Of a DNA stretch of 64,000 bases, positions 63,001 through 64,000 are shown in pieces. The DNA is from Rhizaria sp. SCN 62-66. Lineage: Eukaryota. The position numbers and the translations under genes are program-made. The notes under the pieces are model-generated. The model worked only from the letters and a program-made list of their open reading frames with translations, was not told the origin of the DNA and searched no databases. The stretch is taken from contig MEDY01000225.1 of NCBI GenBank assembly GCA_001724265.1, forward strand, positions 1 through 64,000. The letters run 5' to 3'. Every line of letters begins with the position of its first letter. Position 1 is the first letter of the stretch.

Positions 63001-64000
63001 GCTGTTGCCTTTGGCGTGCCAGTGGGCGTGACTTCGCTCCAGCGCCTGCCCGAGGCCGTCAGACATCAGGTGTGGGCGCTCGCCGCGCTTTTTGATCTCG
63101 AGCGCAACATCAACGCGGCCGCCAACAGCGCAGCCGCTTCTGCGGGGGCGCCGATGGCGCCGCTCGCCCCCGCACTGCTGCTGGCACCAGTTCCCTTGGC
63201 GACAAGCGCTGCTGAGCCTGGCCAGCCCAAGTCTGTGAAGAGGCCGCGGAAGAAGCGCGTTTCGCTCGACGGCCCCACGGCGCAGCCCATTGACCTCGCT
63301 TCGCCAGTGCTGGCCGCGCTCGCGGACCGCTTGGTCGGCGAGGCCGCGCCCCCACCGCTGGAGCCGTTCAAGCCGATCGCGGTGCCCAGCGCGGCGGGGT
63401 TTAAGTCCCGCGCTGCGTCGCTGGCGCGCGATGCGCACGTAAAGCTGGAGCACTCTGCTGACCAGAGCGTTTTCACCCGACCGCTGCCGATGTCTCGCCT
63501 CACCCCGATGCGCGTCCACGCGGTGACCCCTCTCCGCACAGACGCGGCCGCAGCGCTCCCGGTGGCGCCTGCTGGCGTGATACCGTCCTCTACGGCGGCG
63601 TCCTCTGCAGCGTCCTCCACTGCGGCGCTGTCCGCGCTATCGCGGCCGCAGACGCCATCGGCTCTGGCACTGGCCGCGCAGGCGCAGCGCGTAGCCGAGA
63701 TGGCGCAGGCCGTGGCGCAGCTGCAGCGGCAGAACCAGCAGCAGCAGCTCCAGCTCAAGGCCCGCGCGCAGGCGGTCTCGCAGGCCCAGTCGCAGGCGCA
63801 CTCGCGGGCGCAGTCGCGGATGGGGACGCCACTGCGCCACCACAGCCCCGCCAGCGTCTCCGCCAGCGTGCCGCCCTCCGCGGCCGCGAGTGCCGCTGCG
63901 GTCGCGAGCGCTGCCGCGAATGCCGCTGCGCACGTCGCAGCGCCGACGCCGACGCAGTCTAGCTCAGAGGCGCCACCGCAACGGCAGCCGCAGCCGCAGC
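60034..64000 (+). CDS. Large Ala/Pro-rich hypothetical protein with three in-frame TAG codons, running off the window end
   Basis: ORFs 59881-60540, 60631-62229, 62275-62892 and the open frame to 64000 share one frame, separated only by TAG (60538-40, 62227-9, 62890-2). Basic NLS-like motifs PRRKR and KRPRKKR. The start is uncertain. Confidence 0.7.

Noticed and set aside
25012-64000. Ciliate-type code (TAA and TAG both Gln) or UGA reassignment
   Set aside because: TAA ends PACRG, RPL31, RPL35 and the ML protein at their expected C-termini, and TGA ends RPB11, SNAP, ARL6 and PP2C. Neither codon was seen in frame within exons.
25012-64000. TAG-containing genes as ordinary pseudogenes
   Set aside because: All 13 interruptions are the same codon, these five genes have no frameshifts or other stops over thousands of codons, and TAG is never used as a terminal stop. 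Random decay would not give this pattern.
1-64000. CRISPR arrays, rRNA, tRNA (including a CUA-anticodon tRNA) and intact transposons
   Set aside because: No repeat-spacer array, recognisable rRNA or tRNA sequence, transposase or reverse transcriptase motifs, or terminal repeats were seen by eye. The tandem repeats present are coding microsatellites.

Overview
Gene-dense nuclear DNA from a flagellated microbial eukaryote, with GC-rich exons, AT-rich spacers and short spliceosomal introns. I modelled 21 genes by hand, 19 of them with their stop codon inside the window. They include PACRG, RPB11, a PUB-PP2C fusion, head-to-head RPL31/RPL35, an ML/NPC2-like protein, ARL6/BBS3, a TPR protein, an M23 peptidase-domain protein, alpha-SNAP, BBS4, a CD39/GDA1 NTPDase, a Mia40-like protein, a DNAJB12-like protein and several long low-complexity proteins. 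The main result is evidence for a non-standard nuclear genetic code in which UAG is a sense codon while UAA and UGA remain stops. Thirteen in-frame TAG codons fall inside five genes, one of them within the conserved TPR region of BBS4. The reading frame continues past every one, no in-frame TAA or TGA was seen, and none of the 19 terminal stops is TAG (14 TGA, 5 TAA). Sequence contexts mostly suggest Gln, but Leu is not excluded. A second unusual property is the 5' splice site: 24 of 26 modelled introns start GTACG and all 26 have C at +4. All family assignments come from motif recognition from memory; no database searches were run.
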